From positions 19,536 to 83,535 of the forward strand of contig JBQLZK010000027.1 in the NCBI GenBank assembly GCA_052168235.1: a DNA stretch of 64,000 nt. Direction: 5' to 3'. The translations under genes were made by a program, and so were the position numbers. Source of the DNA: Thainema sp. GTDB lineage: Bacteria > Cyanobacteriota > Cyanobacteriia > Phormidesmidales > Phormidesmidaceae. Positions 11,282 through 20,629 of the stretch are shown here, one piece after another (position 1 is the stretch's first letter; the number at the start of each line of letters is the position of its first letter). The notes under the pieces are model-generated. The model was not told the origin of the DNA. It searched no databases and was given only the letters and a program-made list of their open reading frames with translations.

Positions 11282-12496
11282 TTAGCCACCCGTCATCGCC
11301 TGGGCTAGCCCAACGAAGAGCGGTATGCACAGGGCAATAGCAACTGGTGTGCCGACAGCTGTGGATGCGCCGATATAGGCGGAGGGATTGGCGGAGGGGA
11401 TACCAGCCCGTAACGTGGGCGGCCCTGAGATGTCTGAACTGGAGGCGGCAATGATGGCCAGGAGCGCGACGCCGCCAGGGGTGAACCCCGTAGCGTAGTG
11501 GGCAATCATGCCGAGACCGAAAGCGATAAACCCATGCAGAAAGGGTGCGAAAAAGGCATACAGAGCGTACCACTGGGCCACCTTGCGCAACTCATTGAGT
11601 CGTGCCCAGGCTTCCATTCCCATAACCAACATCAGAATTGAAAGCAGACCGCGAAAGAGAGGCTCGTAGAAGCTTTCAAAAACGCTTTCAGGCCGGGTGA
11701 GGATGCCCAGGGCAAGACCGAGCAGCAGTGCCGATAAAGCAGATCCCTGAAGGCTTTCCTGAACGATGGGCCAGATCTTGACTCGCCCACCTGCGGAACC
11801 GCCTGGTTCGCTGGAATATCCGCCTGAGCTACCGCCGCCGCCGGAATATCCACCTACAGTACCACCCTGGTCAATGGAATATGCGCCTGTGGGAACTGCG
11901 GGAACGGGCTGGTCGATGGGAGTCCCGACTGCAGGAACTGCGGGAACGGGCTGCTTGCCGAGATACTCATCCTTGCTGATATAGGCATCATTTTTATATT
12001 TGTTGCGCTTCTGCTTGCTGGTATAAATGCTGGCCAAGACAATCGCAGTCACGAGTGCTGGAATGTCCATGAAGGGATAAAGTGCGCCAGCCCAGGCCTC
12101 GTATTGAACGCCTTGCCCTTCCAGTACTGTGATGCCAGCGGCGAGGGTAGAGCCACTAACGGCTCCGAACAGGCCCCCGGTCGCCAGGGCATCTACGGTT
12201 CTAATACCCCGTAGCTTAGCTAGCGTGTAGCTGGCAACGAATACAATCAGGATCCCCGTTATCACAGCGAACAGCGCGGGCAGCAACATTTCCGCCAGGT
12301 TGGCATTGCGAATCGCAATGCCGCCGCTCAGGCCAACTTTGATGAGCAGCATGAAGACAATAAACTTATAGATTGCATCGGGAATGGCCAGTTGGCTACC
12401 GAGGGCGGCAATAATGATACCGCCCATCAGAAAACCAAGCGTTGGGGACTGCAACTGCGCCCCGAATTTTGTTAAGAAATCTGACAAGAAATCCAC
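11282..12496 (-). CDS. sbtA: Na+-dependent bicarbonate transporter SbtA (upstream copy)
   Basis: Same motifs as the other copy; GTG start after AAGGAGG. Confidence 0.95.
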   Translation of the reverse strand: MDFLSDFLTKFGAQLQSPTLGFLMGGIIIAALGSQLAIPDAIYKFIVFMLLIKVGLSGGIAIRNANLAEMLLPALFAVITGILIVFVASYTLAKLRGIRTVDALATGGLFGAVSGSTLAAGITVLEGQGVQYEAWAGALYPFMDIPALVTAIVLASIYTSKQKRNKYKNDAYISKDEYLGKQPVPAVPAVGTPIDQPVPAVPTGAYSIDQGGTVGGYSGGGGSSGGYSSEPGGSAGGRVKIWPIVQESLQGSALSALLLGLALGILTRPESVFESFYEPLFRGLLSILMLVMGMEAWARLNELRKVAQWYALYAFFAPFLHGFIAFGLGMIAHYATGFTPGGVALLAIIAASSSDISGPPTLRAGIPSANPSAYIGASTAVGTPVAIALCIPLFVGLAQAMTGG

Positions 12497-12634
12497 TTTG
12501 TAATTCCTCCTTAATTTGGATGTTAGGGGTCAGGACGGCAGCTAAGTATGGCCTCGAATCCTGAGTGGCGGCTCTGCGCATCCGGGTGAGCAGCGAGTTA
12601 AACCGCCACTCTATTGCATCTGCATTCCGGTGCG

Positions 12635-12846
12635 TCATGGGTTGAATGGACGACCCGAAGTATCCAGCACCGAGCGATTAACGTTGAAGCCATTCAGGTT
12701 AAACGCCATCGCATTCACTCCCAGAGCTGCAAACCAGATGCAGACTGCGGGAAACACGGCCAACGAGAGACGAAGATGGGGCTGACTGCGAAAGCCCCTG
12801 CAATGTACAGAAAGTTCCGACAAGTTATGCAAGAGAAATTTGCCAT
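12635..12846 (-). pseudogene. D1 (PsbA)-like fragment or frameshifted small gene in the sbtA leader
   Basis: [30 protein letters not shown] matches D1 helix E and the following lumenal stretch; the ATG with a strong SD (12846) is in another frame. Confidence 0.65.
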
Positions 12847-13065
12847 AAGTACCTCCTTCCGACCCCCAATCAAGAGGAACGGTCAACTTATTTTTGTAGG
12901 TGAACAAACTTTTATGAGCCAGTAAAAACCAGTGAAAAAAGCAGGGGTGAATGAATCACCCCCACAAAACACAGGTTTTGAGAGAGCTCTTAACCAATAG
13001 GCTGTTCGGAGTATCCGCTTCCGAACAGAAGGATCTGCGATCGCATTTGATCCATGTACGAGTCC

Positions 13066-13113
13066 ATAGATTTGACTCTATGTAGAACCGTTTCTACATG
13101 TGCTTAAGTCTAT
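13066..13113. promoter_or_regulatory. NdhR/CcmR-type LysR operator pair
   Basis: ATAG-N8-CTAT at 13066-13081 and ATGT-N8-CTAT at 13098-13113; same spacing as 10546-10593. Confidence 0.75.
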
Positions 13114-13460
13114 CTTAAAAAATCCTGGAATTGAACCCTTTGTAGGGCAAAGTACGAATGGATTGTTAAATTCCAGATATAAGTAAAACTTGTAAATTTG
13201 TAGTTTTGTTATTTTTAGGGCTAATGATCAATTGTGACCAAAGATTTCACTCAATGTTTTGTGCAGCTAAGTCAGTGGAATGAAATTCATCATTTCGACT
13301 AAAAACCTCGCGATGTAAGGCTTTCAGTCTGAAGGATGAAGGCTAGCACTTAAGCGGATCGCTTCAGTTATGGAAGCCCAATATCTGCCCAATAGCTCAA
13401 GAAATACGCTCTTTTATATTTCATTGGATATTTCACCTCGTTCACCTCGTAGATGGCATT

Positions 13461-13654
13461 AGACTTTATCGGAAATTGTTTTGTAGCGCGGCGGAGCCGC
13501 GCTACAAAACAATTTCCAACCCCAAAAACTTTATTTCTCACATCTTGCACCTTGCAAACCAAAGACCCAGAAGGGTGATTTTGCCGCCGCGTCGCGGCGG
13601 CAAAATCACCTCTTCGGGTTTGAGTGCAAGATGTGAGTATTTCCAATAAAGTCT
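13461..13654. mobile_element. MITE-like element family B carrying a nested insertion
   Basis: Ends AGACTTTATCGG/CCAATAAAGTCT; uninterrupted copy at 59138-59225. Confidence 0.8.
13537..13637. mobile_element. Nested MITE-like element
   Basis: 14-bp TIR CTCACATCTTGCAC/GTGCAAGATGTGAG flanked by TATTT direct repeats. Confidence 0.8.
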
Positions 13655-13674
13655 ATTGATTGGGAGGATTAGAC

Positions 13675-14562
13675 ATGGCTGTATTAACCCGATGGATATG
13701 GGTTCTGGCCTCGTTAATGGGCAGTTTGAGCGTATTGGGTGCGTTAGCATTCGAGAATGGGCGCTCAAGTCCTCCGTTTCAAACCTTTGCTGCACCGTGT
13801 GGGCCGCATCAAGAGCAGATTTCTCCTGATGCGGCCCACACGGTGCAGCAGTTGCTGTCTGTAGCGGGTACGAGCGACTGTACTGAAGCCGAGGCGTTGC
13901 TGAATCAGGAGACAGCTCTCGTGCTAGAACGACTACAGCTCAAAGATATTAGCCCTCTAGCTACGCTGGATCAACTGCAGTGGCTTTCGCTTAGCGTTAA
14001 TCAAATTGAAGATGTGTCGCCGCTGCGATCGCTAGCTAACCTGGAGCATTTATTTCTCGATACCAACCAAATTTTTAATCTGCGCCCACTGTTACGATTA
14101 AGTAATACGATTAAGTAACTTGAAAACTTTATCGCTCTATGATGATGAGATTAGCGATATTACGCCCTTAGCTCGGCTGTCTAATCTCCAGCAGCTCTCC
14201 CTCTTCGACAATCAGATTGAGGATATATCGCCGCTAGCCAGCCTTAACTAGCTCGTCAACCTATCGCTGTTTGACAATCAAATTCAGGATCTATCACCGC
14301 TGAGCGGATTGGAACAGCTCCAGTACCTAGCTTTGGGCCGCTCACAACCGTTGCGCCTCTCCAGCAGCTGACTCAGCTATCCTGGCTAGACTTATATCAA
14401 GCTCCGGTAACGGACGCCGAGAAGCTCTCGACGTTGCCGCAACTGGTGCGATTAGATTTGCGCGGCACCGAAATCCGCGATCGCACTTGTCCGGTGCAGC
14501 CTGCAACAGTTTGTCTGTTTTCTCCGCTCGATTCAACGAATTTAGAACCCGCAAAAATATAG
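13675..14562 (+). pseudogene. Internalin-like leucine-rich-repeat protein pseudogene
   Basis: LxxLxLxxNQIxDxSPL repeats continue past a 13-bp duplication (14093-14118), an in-frame TAG (14249-14251) and a frameshift near 14340. Confidence 0.85.
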
Positions 14563-14662
14563 CGCTTCTTGCGCTGATAAAGGGGAGGTTATTTTTTGAA
14601 AGCCGCGCGGAGCGCGGCTTTCAAAAAATAACTTGCACCTCAGTAGATCAGGAAAGGCCATA
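14558..14662. repeat. Small palindromic element family C, copy 1
   Basis: Inverted near-identical copy at 23969-24075; central GCGCGGAGCGC hairpin. Confidence 0.85.
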
Positions 14663-14722
14663 ATATAGCTAGAGCTAACGTTCACAAAAGATAATTCGGG
14701 CTCTTTCTAGTCGGAGTCGCGA

Positions 14723-14956
14723 TTAATCGACTCCTAACAAAGGAGTTTCAGTGGTTGGAGTTGAGCGAATCTGGTGCTCAGTAGATGAGGGCGGAAACAG
14801 ATTGAATAAAGCAATGGCTAAAATTAACCCAAACCCACAGCCCAGCAAGAAACTCCAGCCATGAGAGGGTTCCAAGGCACACAGCAATCGACGATTGCGC
14901 CCATAAACATGCACAATCCAACCTTCATCGACGATGGGCTCTGCTTGTTTTTTCAT
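14723..14956 (-). CDS. Small hypothetical membrane protein downstream of flv2
   Basis: AAGGAG SD, one hydrophobic helix, 63 bp after flv2. Confidence 0.7.
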   Translation of the reverse strand: MKKQAEPIVDEGWIVHVYGRNRRLLCALEPSHGWSFLLGCGFGLILAIALFNLFPPSSTEHQIRSTPTTETPLLGVD

Positions 14957-15019
14957 GATTCATACTCCTTTAGGCGTTAGCGAAAACTATAAGCATCACC
15001 GTTAGTAACGACCTCAAAA

Positions 15020-16780
15020 TCAATACTGGCTGCCGGACTTGCGATGTTGAATGGCAGTTACACCTGAGGGATCAAGCACATTGCCATCGTTGACTGCGGT
15101 ATAAATCAGCCAGTGATCGCCACACTGCATCCAGTTTTGCACCGTACATTCAAGATAGGCAAGCGCCTCTTCGATAATCAGACAGCCGTTTTCAGCCTCT
15201 CGATGGGCAACGTGAGCAAAGGGCTGATCGCCCGGCTGGGGTTGATAGGAAAAATGCCGCCGGATGGTGCGCCCTTCCTTGAGCAGATTGAGCACAAACG
15301 TTGCATTCGGATGCAGCAAATGGCTGGCTGCCGAATCAGCTGCGATCGCAATCATCAGTCCAGGTGGGCTAAATGAAGCTTGGGAAACCCATGAGGTTAG
15401 TGTGCCGCTATGGTGATCGCCTTGCCGAGTCGTGATCACACCGATAGAGCCAATGATCCGGCCAACCGCTTGTTCCGTTCGGTCAGTGTGAGTTTCAGTC
15501 GCAGCTTGACGCGGTAAGCGACGCTTCTTTTGTTTTCTCAACTGCTGGGCAAAGATGGCACCAGCCTGTTGACACATTGCCAACTTGGCTTGGTCAGGAC
15601 TAAACTGAACTCGAATTGTGTCAAACCCAAGCCGATAGTTGTTGATCCGCAGCTTGTCCTCAATTAAATCAATTGCTTCTCCGCTCCAGCCATAGGAGCC
15701 AAATACGCCTGCCAGCTTTGTTTGGATCGCTGAGGAGAGCACAATTCCAAGCGCGGTCTGAATTTGAACGGGCGCATGGCCGCCCAAGGTCGGGGAACCA
15801 ATGATGAAGCCATCGCTGGCCACCACAGCCTCTGCCAGTTCTTCTGGCTCGGTTAGCTCGCAGTTCAGGGCATCAACTGCAATACCAGATTGAATTAACC
15901 CCTGTGCGATCGCATTCGCTAGAGTGGCTGTATTTCCATAAGCCGAGGTATAGATCAGCGCCACTCGTAAGGTCTGCTGTGCCTGCTGCTGGCACCACTG
16001 GCGATAGTCCTTCTGAAAGCGGCTGAGGCTGTAACGGACAAGGGGGCCATGTCCCGGAGCGAGACATTTCACGGGTAAAGGTGCAATCTGATCTAGTGCC
16101 GCTTCGACTTGCTTGGTTTGCGAGGCGTGTAAACAGTCGAAATAGTAGCGGCGATCCACCTCTAATCGTCGCCATTCTTCATCAAACACGGCATCGCCAC
16201 AGACATGTGCCCCGAACAGCTTATCGCTAAAGAGAATTTGGCTGACTGGGTCGTAGGTGCAAAGCCCATCGGGCCAGCGGGGAGTCGGGACGGGCAGCAA
16301 CTGGAGCTGGCGGCCCTGTCCCAGATCCAAATAGCCTTGGGGCGGGCAGATGATATATAGCCGATCGCTCCAGTCTGGAAAAGCCGCTTTTAGAGCTTGA
16401 GCCGCTGGTCGGGAACAGACAATCGCAACTGTCGGTACTCGTTCCACTAAGGCCGCCAATGTCGCCATCCGGTTGGGGTTGACGTGGCTAACAACCACAT
16501 AATCAAGCGTTGTTTCTGCTAAATAGGGCTGTAGGGCTTCTAGGTAAATCTGAGTAAATGATTCGCCCGGTGGATCGATCAGCGCCGTGCGATCGCACCG
16601 AATCAGATACGAGTTTGCTGTCGTTCCTTGGCGGCGGTTGTACTCAACTTCAAACTTGAGCCGCTCCCACGTGCGCGATCGCAAAACAGTGATGTTTGAT
16701 CCAAGCTCTGCAATCTGCACATCGCGAGGACGAGATTCAGCGAGTGGTAGTTGATTTGGAGGAGAGTAGCTTTGGGTCAT
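15020..16780 (-). CDS. flv2: Flavodiiron protein, Flv2 type
   Basis: Non-canonical SHVNPNR metal motif, flavodoxin and flavin reductase domains; follows flv4. Confidence 0.8.
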   Translation of the reverse strand: MTQSYSPPNQLPLAESRPRDVQIAELGSNITVLRSRTWERLKFEVEYNRRQGTTANSYLIRCDRTALIDPPGESFTQIYLEALQPYLAETTLDYVVVSHVNPNRMATLAALVERVPTVAIVCSRPAAQALKAAFPDWSDRLYIICPPQGYLDLGQGRQLQLLPVPTPRWPDGLCTYDPVSQILFSDKLFGAHVCGDAVFDEEWRRLEVDRRYYFDCLHASQTKQVEAALDQIAPLPVKCLAPGHGPLVRYSLSRFQKDYRQWCQQQAQQTLRVALIYTSAYGNTATLANAIAQGLIQSGIAVDALNCELTEPEELAEAVVASDGFIIGSPTLGGHAPVQIQTALGIVLSSAIQTKLAGVFGSYGWSGEAIDLIEDKLRINNYRLGFDTIRVQFSPDQAKLAMCQQAGAIFAQQLRKQKKRRLPRQAATETHTDRTEQAVGRIIGSIGVITTRQGDHHSGTLTSWVSQASFSPPGLMIAIAADSAASHLLHPNATFVLNLLKEGRTIRRHFSYQPQPGDQPFAHVAHREAENGCLIIEEALAYLECTVQNWMQCGDHWLIYTAVNDGNVLDPSGVTAIQHRKSGSQY

Positions 16781-16935
16781 GATCTGTGACTGTAATTGGG
16801 TTTGCTGGGTTGGGTGGGAGGGTAAGAGGTAGGAGGGTGGGAGAGTAGGAGAGTAGGGGCGATATAGAACCGAAATGAGATTGGCACGATTGCAGTGAAT
16901 TGCTCCTACGCCATGATGAACTTGGAGATTTGTAG

Positions 16936-18672
16936 CTAATAATGATTACCAACCTTGCGGTGGTGGACGGCGGTGAGGCCGTCGCGTTTGGCGACGCGTC
17001 CGGTTTGGACAGTGGCGTAGATGACCCAGTGATCGCCGCAGTCGAGCCGACTGGTGATGTGGCATTCCATATAGGCTAGGGCCTGAGCGAGAATTGGCGA
17101 TCCGTTTTGCGCGGCATAGGTGGCAACGCCGTCGAACCGATTGGCTCCGGGTGGAAATCGCTTGAGGAAATGCTTCATCAGCGGCTGATAGTTGCTTTCT
17201 TCCAGCACGTTCAGCACGAAGCTGTCGCCGATGTGCAGCAGGGATTCAATAGCTCGATCTTTGGAAACTGCGATCGCAACTCCGAGCGGTTCAAAGCTGG
17301 CTTGAATCACCCAGGAGGCCAGCATGGCGCTCGACACATCGCCCTTTTTAGCCGTAATCAGATATAAGCCGCTGCTGATTCGGCCCAAGGCGCGGTCGAG
17401 ATTGGAAGCCAGCGATTTGCTTTGCTTAATCGTTTGATCGCGGTTTAGGTACTGCCCTAAATCGATTCCGGCTTCATCACAGAGCTGATCGGTGACTTCG
17501 TTAGGGACTGACTTAATTAGAATCGGCGGAAAGGCTTCCCGCAAGCCCAACTCCTGAAGCTGTGCCCGCAGCGGATAGATCGGTTCATCCTGGCCACCCC
17601 CTGTTTCAAATAGGCCGAATGTCTGTTTATTCGACACGGTGGCTAGTATAGTTCCCAAACCCGCATGGGTAGAGGTTTGTGAGGTTTGGGGCGGCATCCC
17701 CATCACAATGCCCGCCGCGCAGTTGACAAGTTCGCGAATTTCGTGCGGATCGGCCACGGATAAATCCACCAGTTCAACTGCAATCCCTGTTTTAGCAATG
17801 CCGTCCGCTACCGCCCGCACAATGCGATCGCTATAGCCATACTCATCGGTGTAGAACAGCGCCACAAAGGTTTCGGCCTGTGCCTGGTTTTGGCTCCAGG
17901 TGCGGTAGCGCTCCACCCAGTCAGTGCGATGATGCTGCAAAAGCGGCCCGTGCCCAGTGGCAATCAAATCTACGGTAAACGGGTCAATCCGCTTCAGCGC
18001 CATCAGCACCGAGCGGGCGTTTGGCCCCATCAGGCAGTCATAGTAATACTGAAAGTCCGTCTCTAGCAGATGCGGCATTTCATCAAACAGACAATCATCG
18101 CAGTAGTGCATACCAAACACATCGCAGGTAAATAGCACCTGCGTCCCGGTGTCGTAGGTGAAAATTGTGTCTGGCCAGTGCAAATTGGGGGCAGAAACAA
18201 ACTCTAGCTTGTGCCCATTGCCCAAATCGAGCGACATGCCGCTCTTCACCACTAACGAGGTAAAGGGCTGATGCACCATGTTTTCTAAAAACTGAATGGC
18301 GACTTTCGAGCCAACCACCGTAATTTGGGGAGCTTGTTCTAAAATCTCTCGCACTAACCCGCTGTGATCCGGCTCCGTGTGATTCACAATCAGGTAATCC
18401 AGCTCGGCCAAATTGACTTGTTCGGTCAAACAACTGAGATAGAGATCCTGAAACTTGCGGTGGGACGTGTCTACCAGCGCCGTTTTCTCACCGCGAATCA
18501 GAAATGAGTTATAGGTCGTGCCATTCTGTAGCTCAAATTCAATATCAAAGCGATCGCGATCCCAATCGAGACAGCGAATGGCCAAAGTATCAGATGCGAT
18601 CGCAGCGGTTTGCAGCGTCAGGCGTCCGGTTGGACGCGGTGATTGAGTGGGGGAATCAACCAGTACAACCAT
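16936..18672 (-). CDS. flv4: Flavodiiron protein, Flv4 type
   Basis: IRCLDWDRDRFDIEFEL, canonical NHTEPDH diiron motif, C-terminal HHRKVGNHY. Confidence 0.82.
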   Translation of the reverse strand: MVVLVDSPTQSPRPTGRLTLQTAAIASDTLAIRCLDWDRDRFDIEFELQNGTTYNSFLIRGEKTALVDTSHRKFQDLYLSCLTEQVNLAELDYLIVNHTEPDHSGLVREILEQAPQITVVGSKVAIQFLENMVHQPFTSLVVKSGMSLDLGNGHKLEFVSAPNLHWPDTIFTYDTGTQVLFTCDVFGMHYCDDCLFDEMPHLLETDFQYYYDCLMGPNARSVLMALKRIDPFTVDLIATGHGPLLQHHRTDWVERYRTWSQNQAQAETFVALFYTDEYGYSDRIVRAVADGIAKTGIAVELVDLSVADPHEIRELVNCAAGIVMGMPPQTSQTSTHAGLGTILATVSNKQTFGLFETGGGQDEPIYPLRAQLQELGLREAFPPILIKSVPNEVTDQLCDEAGIDLGQYLNRDQTIKQSKSLASNLDRALGRISSGLYLITAKKGDVSSAMLASWVIQASFEPLGVAIAVSKDRAIESLLHIGDSFVLNVLEESNYQPLMKHFLKRFPPGANRFDGVATYAAQNGSPILAQALAYMECHITSRLDCGDHWVIYATVQTGRVAKRDGLTAVHHRKVGNHY

Positions 18673-18849
18673 GAAAACAGCCTCACTAAACAACGGAATC
18701 GTTAATTGAATCTGTTTTTATGGTGAACTGCATACCAACCAAAGTAAAATGTCAATTCTGAAATTGATTTATAAACTATTGATATATTTAGTTGTTTTTT
18801 GATTAGTCCAGATTATTCTCAATGGATGGTGTTGAATAATTCACGTAAA

Positions 18850-18942
18850 TATAGCGGTTCTAGATAAGAACGAGAGAGGAGAGTACCTCAAGATGAGGTA
18901 CTCTCCTCTCTCGTTCTCTCACTCTTAAATGGAGTCAGTCTA
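18850..18942. repeat. Small palindromic element family A, copy 2
   Basis: Reverse-complement homologue of 993-1085. Confidence 0.85.
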
Positions 18943-18987
18943 AAACCGCAGAAGAGAGTGTCGGTTGGCTACTCTCTTCTGCGGTTT
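18943..18987 (-). terminator. Hairpin downstream of the MlaD gene
   Basis: AAACCGCAGAAGAGAGT...ACTCTCTTCTGCGGTTT. Confidence 0.6.
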
Positions 18988-19004
18988 GGAAATGGTGTAT
19001 CAGG

Positions 19005-20351
19005 CTATTCGATCCGTGAAGTAGCTGAGCTTTCTTCGGCTGGACGAATCAGCGGAAAAGCAACCTGTACCCGCTCACCAATTGAATTGGTAATGGGCAT
19101 TGAGTGAAAGGTCATTGAGGAATCCGCATCATCGAGAATAGACAGATTCAGTTTCTCGATCTCGCTTTTATCCGATGAGCTGGATGGTTGCGTGAATGAG
19201 ACTGGAGACTCGGTGGGAGAGCCGTCCATTTCCTGCTGAGCGAGCTGCATCTGCTGCTCAAGCTGTTCAGTGGACGATACTAAATTGCTAAATCCGTAGA
19301 TTAAGTCGCGGATGTTATCCCGCAGTTCCGGATCACCCGTTAGTTCGTCCAGATCTGCCGTGATTTTTTGCATATTCTGGAAAGTGGCGCGAGCCGAATC
19401 GAGCGTCTGCTGCAGCATGAGGATTGTCGTGGGATCGCTGAGGGCACTGGTCAGGTCTTCCAGGTTTTCAGCTGTAGCTGCCGCATTGGCCGTTAGCACT
19501 TCTAAGTTCTGCACAAGCTCTCCTTGACTGGTTGCTAGCGGTTCAAATCCCTCTAGCAGAATTCGGACTTGGGTGCTGGTGGCGCTGATATTGTTCAGCG
19601 TGCTAGTTAATGCTGCTTCATTGGCATCCAGTAGCGCATTAGTGCGATTGGCGGTCGTGCTGATTTCGTCGGCAGCACGGCTCACCGAGTTGGCAACCGT
19701 GATGGCCGAGTTAGACAATGGGCCGAGTTCGGCCTGAAACAATTTGACCAGGGTGGTGACTTCTTCGGTCAGTTGGGCGACTTCTTCGGCGGCGTTGGAG
19801 GAGTTGCGGGTGAGATCCTGGATGTTAGCAAACAGTTCTGGATCGGTAAACTGATTAGATAGCGCAATCGTGGAGCGAATCAGCTCATTGAAGTTGACGC
19901 CCGGATCGCCCGGTTGAACATCGCCTGCACAAACCAGCACGTTGCTATTGCAGTCTTCATCCAGCGGATTATTTAGCGCAATCTCCGTGTCGGTCAGCGA
20001 TGCCCCCATGCGCGGATAGATGTCGATAGAGGTTTCACCCAGAAAACCAGCCTGATTGGCCTGAATGGACACATCATCAGGGATGTGGAGCTGAGGATCT
20101 TCGATTTCGATTTGAACTTCCACTCGGTTGGACTGGGGCTGGATGGCGGTTACTTTTCCAACGGGAACGCCACGATAGCGAACCGGCGCACCTTCTTGCA
20201 TGCCAACGGTATCTTCAAACAGCACCCAAAACCGATAGCTACGGTCGTTAAAGTCTATTCCTTGAATCCACATAATCAGGAATCCAATGAGTCCTAAACC
20301 AAATAGGATAAGTAACCCAACCGATCCCTCTCGAATGGTGCGTGCTCGCAT
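19005..20351 (-). CDS. MlaD/MCE family protein
   Basis: MRARTIREGSVGL N-terminal anchor, GAPVRYRGVPVGKV, long helical region. Confidence 0.88.
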   Translation of the reverse strand: MRARTIREGSVGLLILFGLGLIGFLIMWIQGIDFNDRSYRFWVLFEDTVGMQEGAPVRYRGVPVGKVTAIQPQSNRVEVQIEIEDPQLHIPDDVSIQANQAGFLGETSIDIYPRMGASLTDTEIALNNPLDEDCNSNVLVCAGDVQPGDPGVNFNELIRSTIALSNQFTDPELFANIQDLTRNSSNAAEEVAQLTEEVTTLVKLFQAELGPLSNSAITVANSVSRAADEISTTANRTNALLDANEAALTSTLNNISATSTQVRILLEGFEPLATSQGELVQNLEVLTANAAATAENLEDLTSALSDPTTILMLQQTLDSARATFQNMQKITADLDELTGDPELRDNIRDLIYGFSNLVSSTEQLEQQMQLAQQEMDGSPTESPVSFTQPSSSSDKSEIEKLNLSILDDADSSMTFHSMPITNSIGERVQVAFPLIRPAEESSATSRIE

Positions 20352-20400
20352 AACCGCTGTTCTCCACTGGCGTTCCTAATGCTGATGATATACAGGTTCA

Positions 20401-20484
20401 TGTATAAGAACCCAATCTATTTTTGTGAAATGCTTGCGCCACAAGCATTTCACAAAAAAGAATCATGGGTTTTCAACCGGACTA
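20401..20484. repeat. Small palindromic element family D, copy 1
   Basis: TGTATAAGAACCC...ATGGGTTTTCAACC shared in inverted orientation with 43620-43722. Confidence 0.75.
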
Positions 20485-20629
20485 GTAATAAGCTGGGCTG
20501 AAGCCAACGTTGATGATCTTACCCAGGATAGCCTTGTTTCGCGATCGCAAATTTAGATTCCTCTATGCTGCTAGTCCAACCAGCATCAATCTTGCAAGAC
20601 GGTGTTCAAATCGGCCATTTGTGACCACC

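Noticed and set aside
12500..12638. Possible beta-carbonic-anhydrase remnant (ATQDSRPYLAAVLT)
   Set aside because: No CxDxR motif; the resemblance is too weak.
12838..12870. WGSEGGTY resembling D1 FGQEEETY, which would extend the D1 match upstream
   Set aside because: These bases are the SD and ATG region and resemble the other sbtA RBS, so the similarity may be coincidental; the TTG start at 12907 has no SD.
18760..18785. NdhR box upstream of flv4
   Set aside because: Only the CTAT half-site matches in AT-rich DNA.
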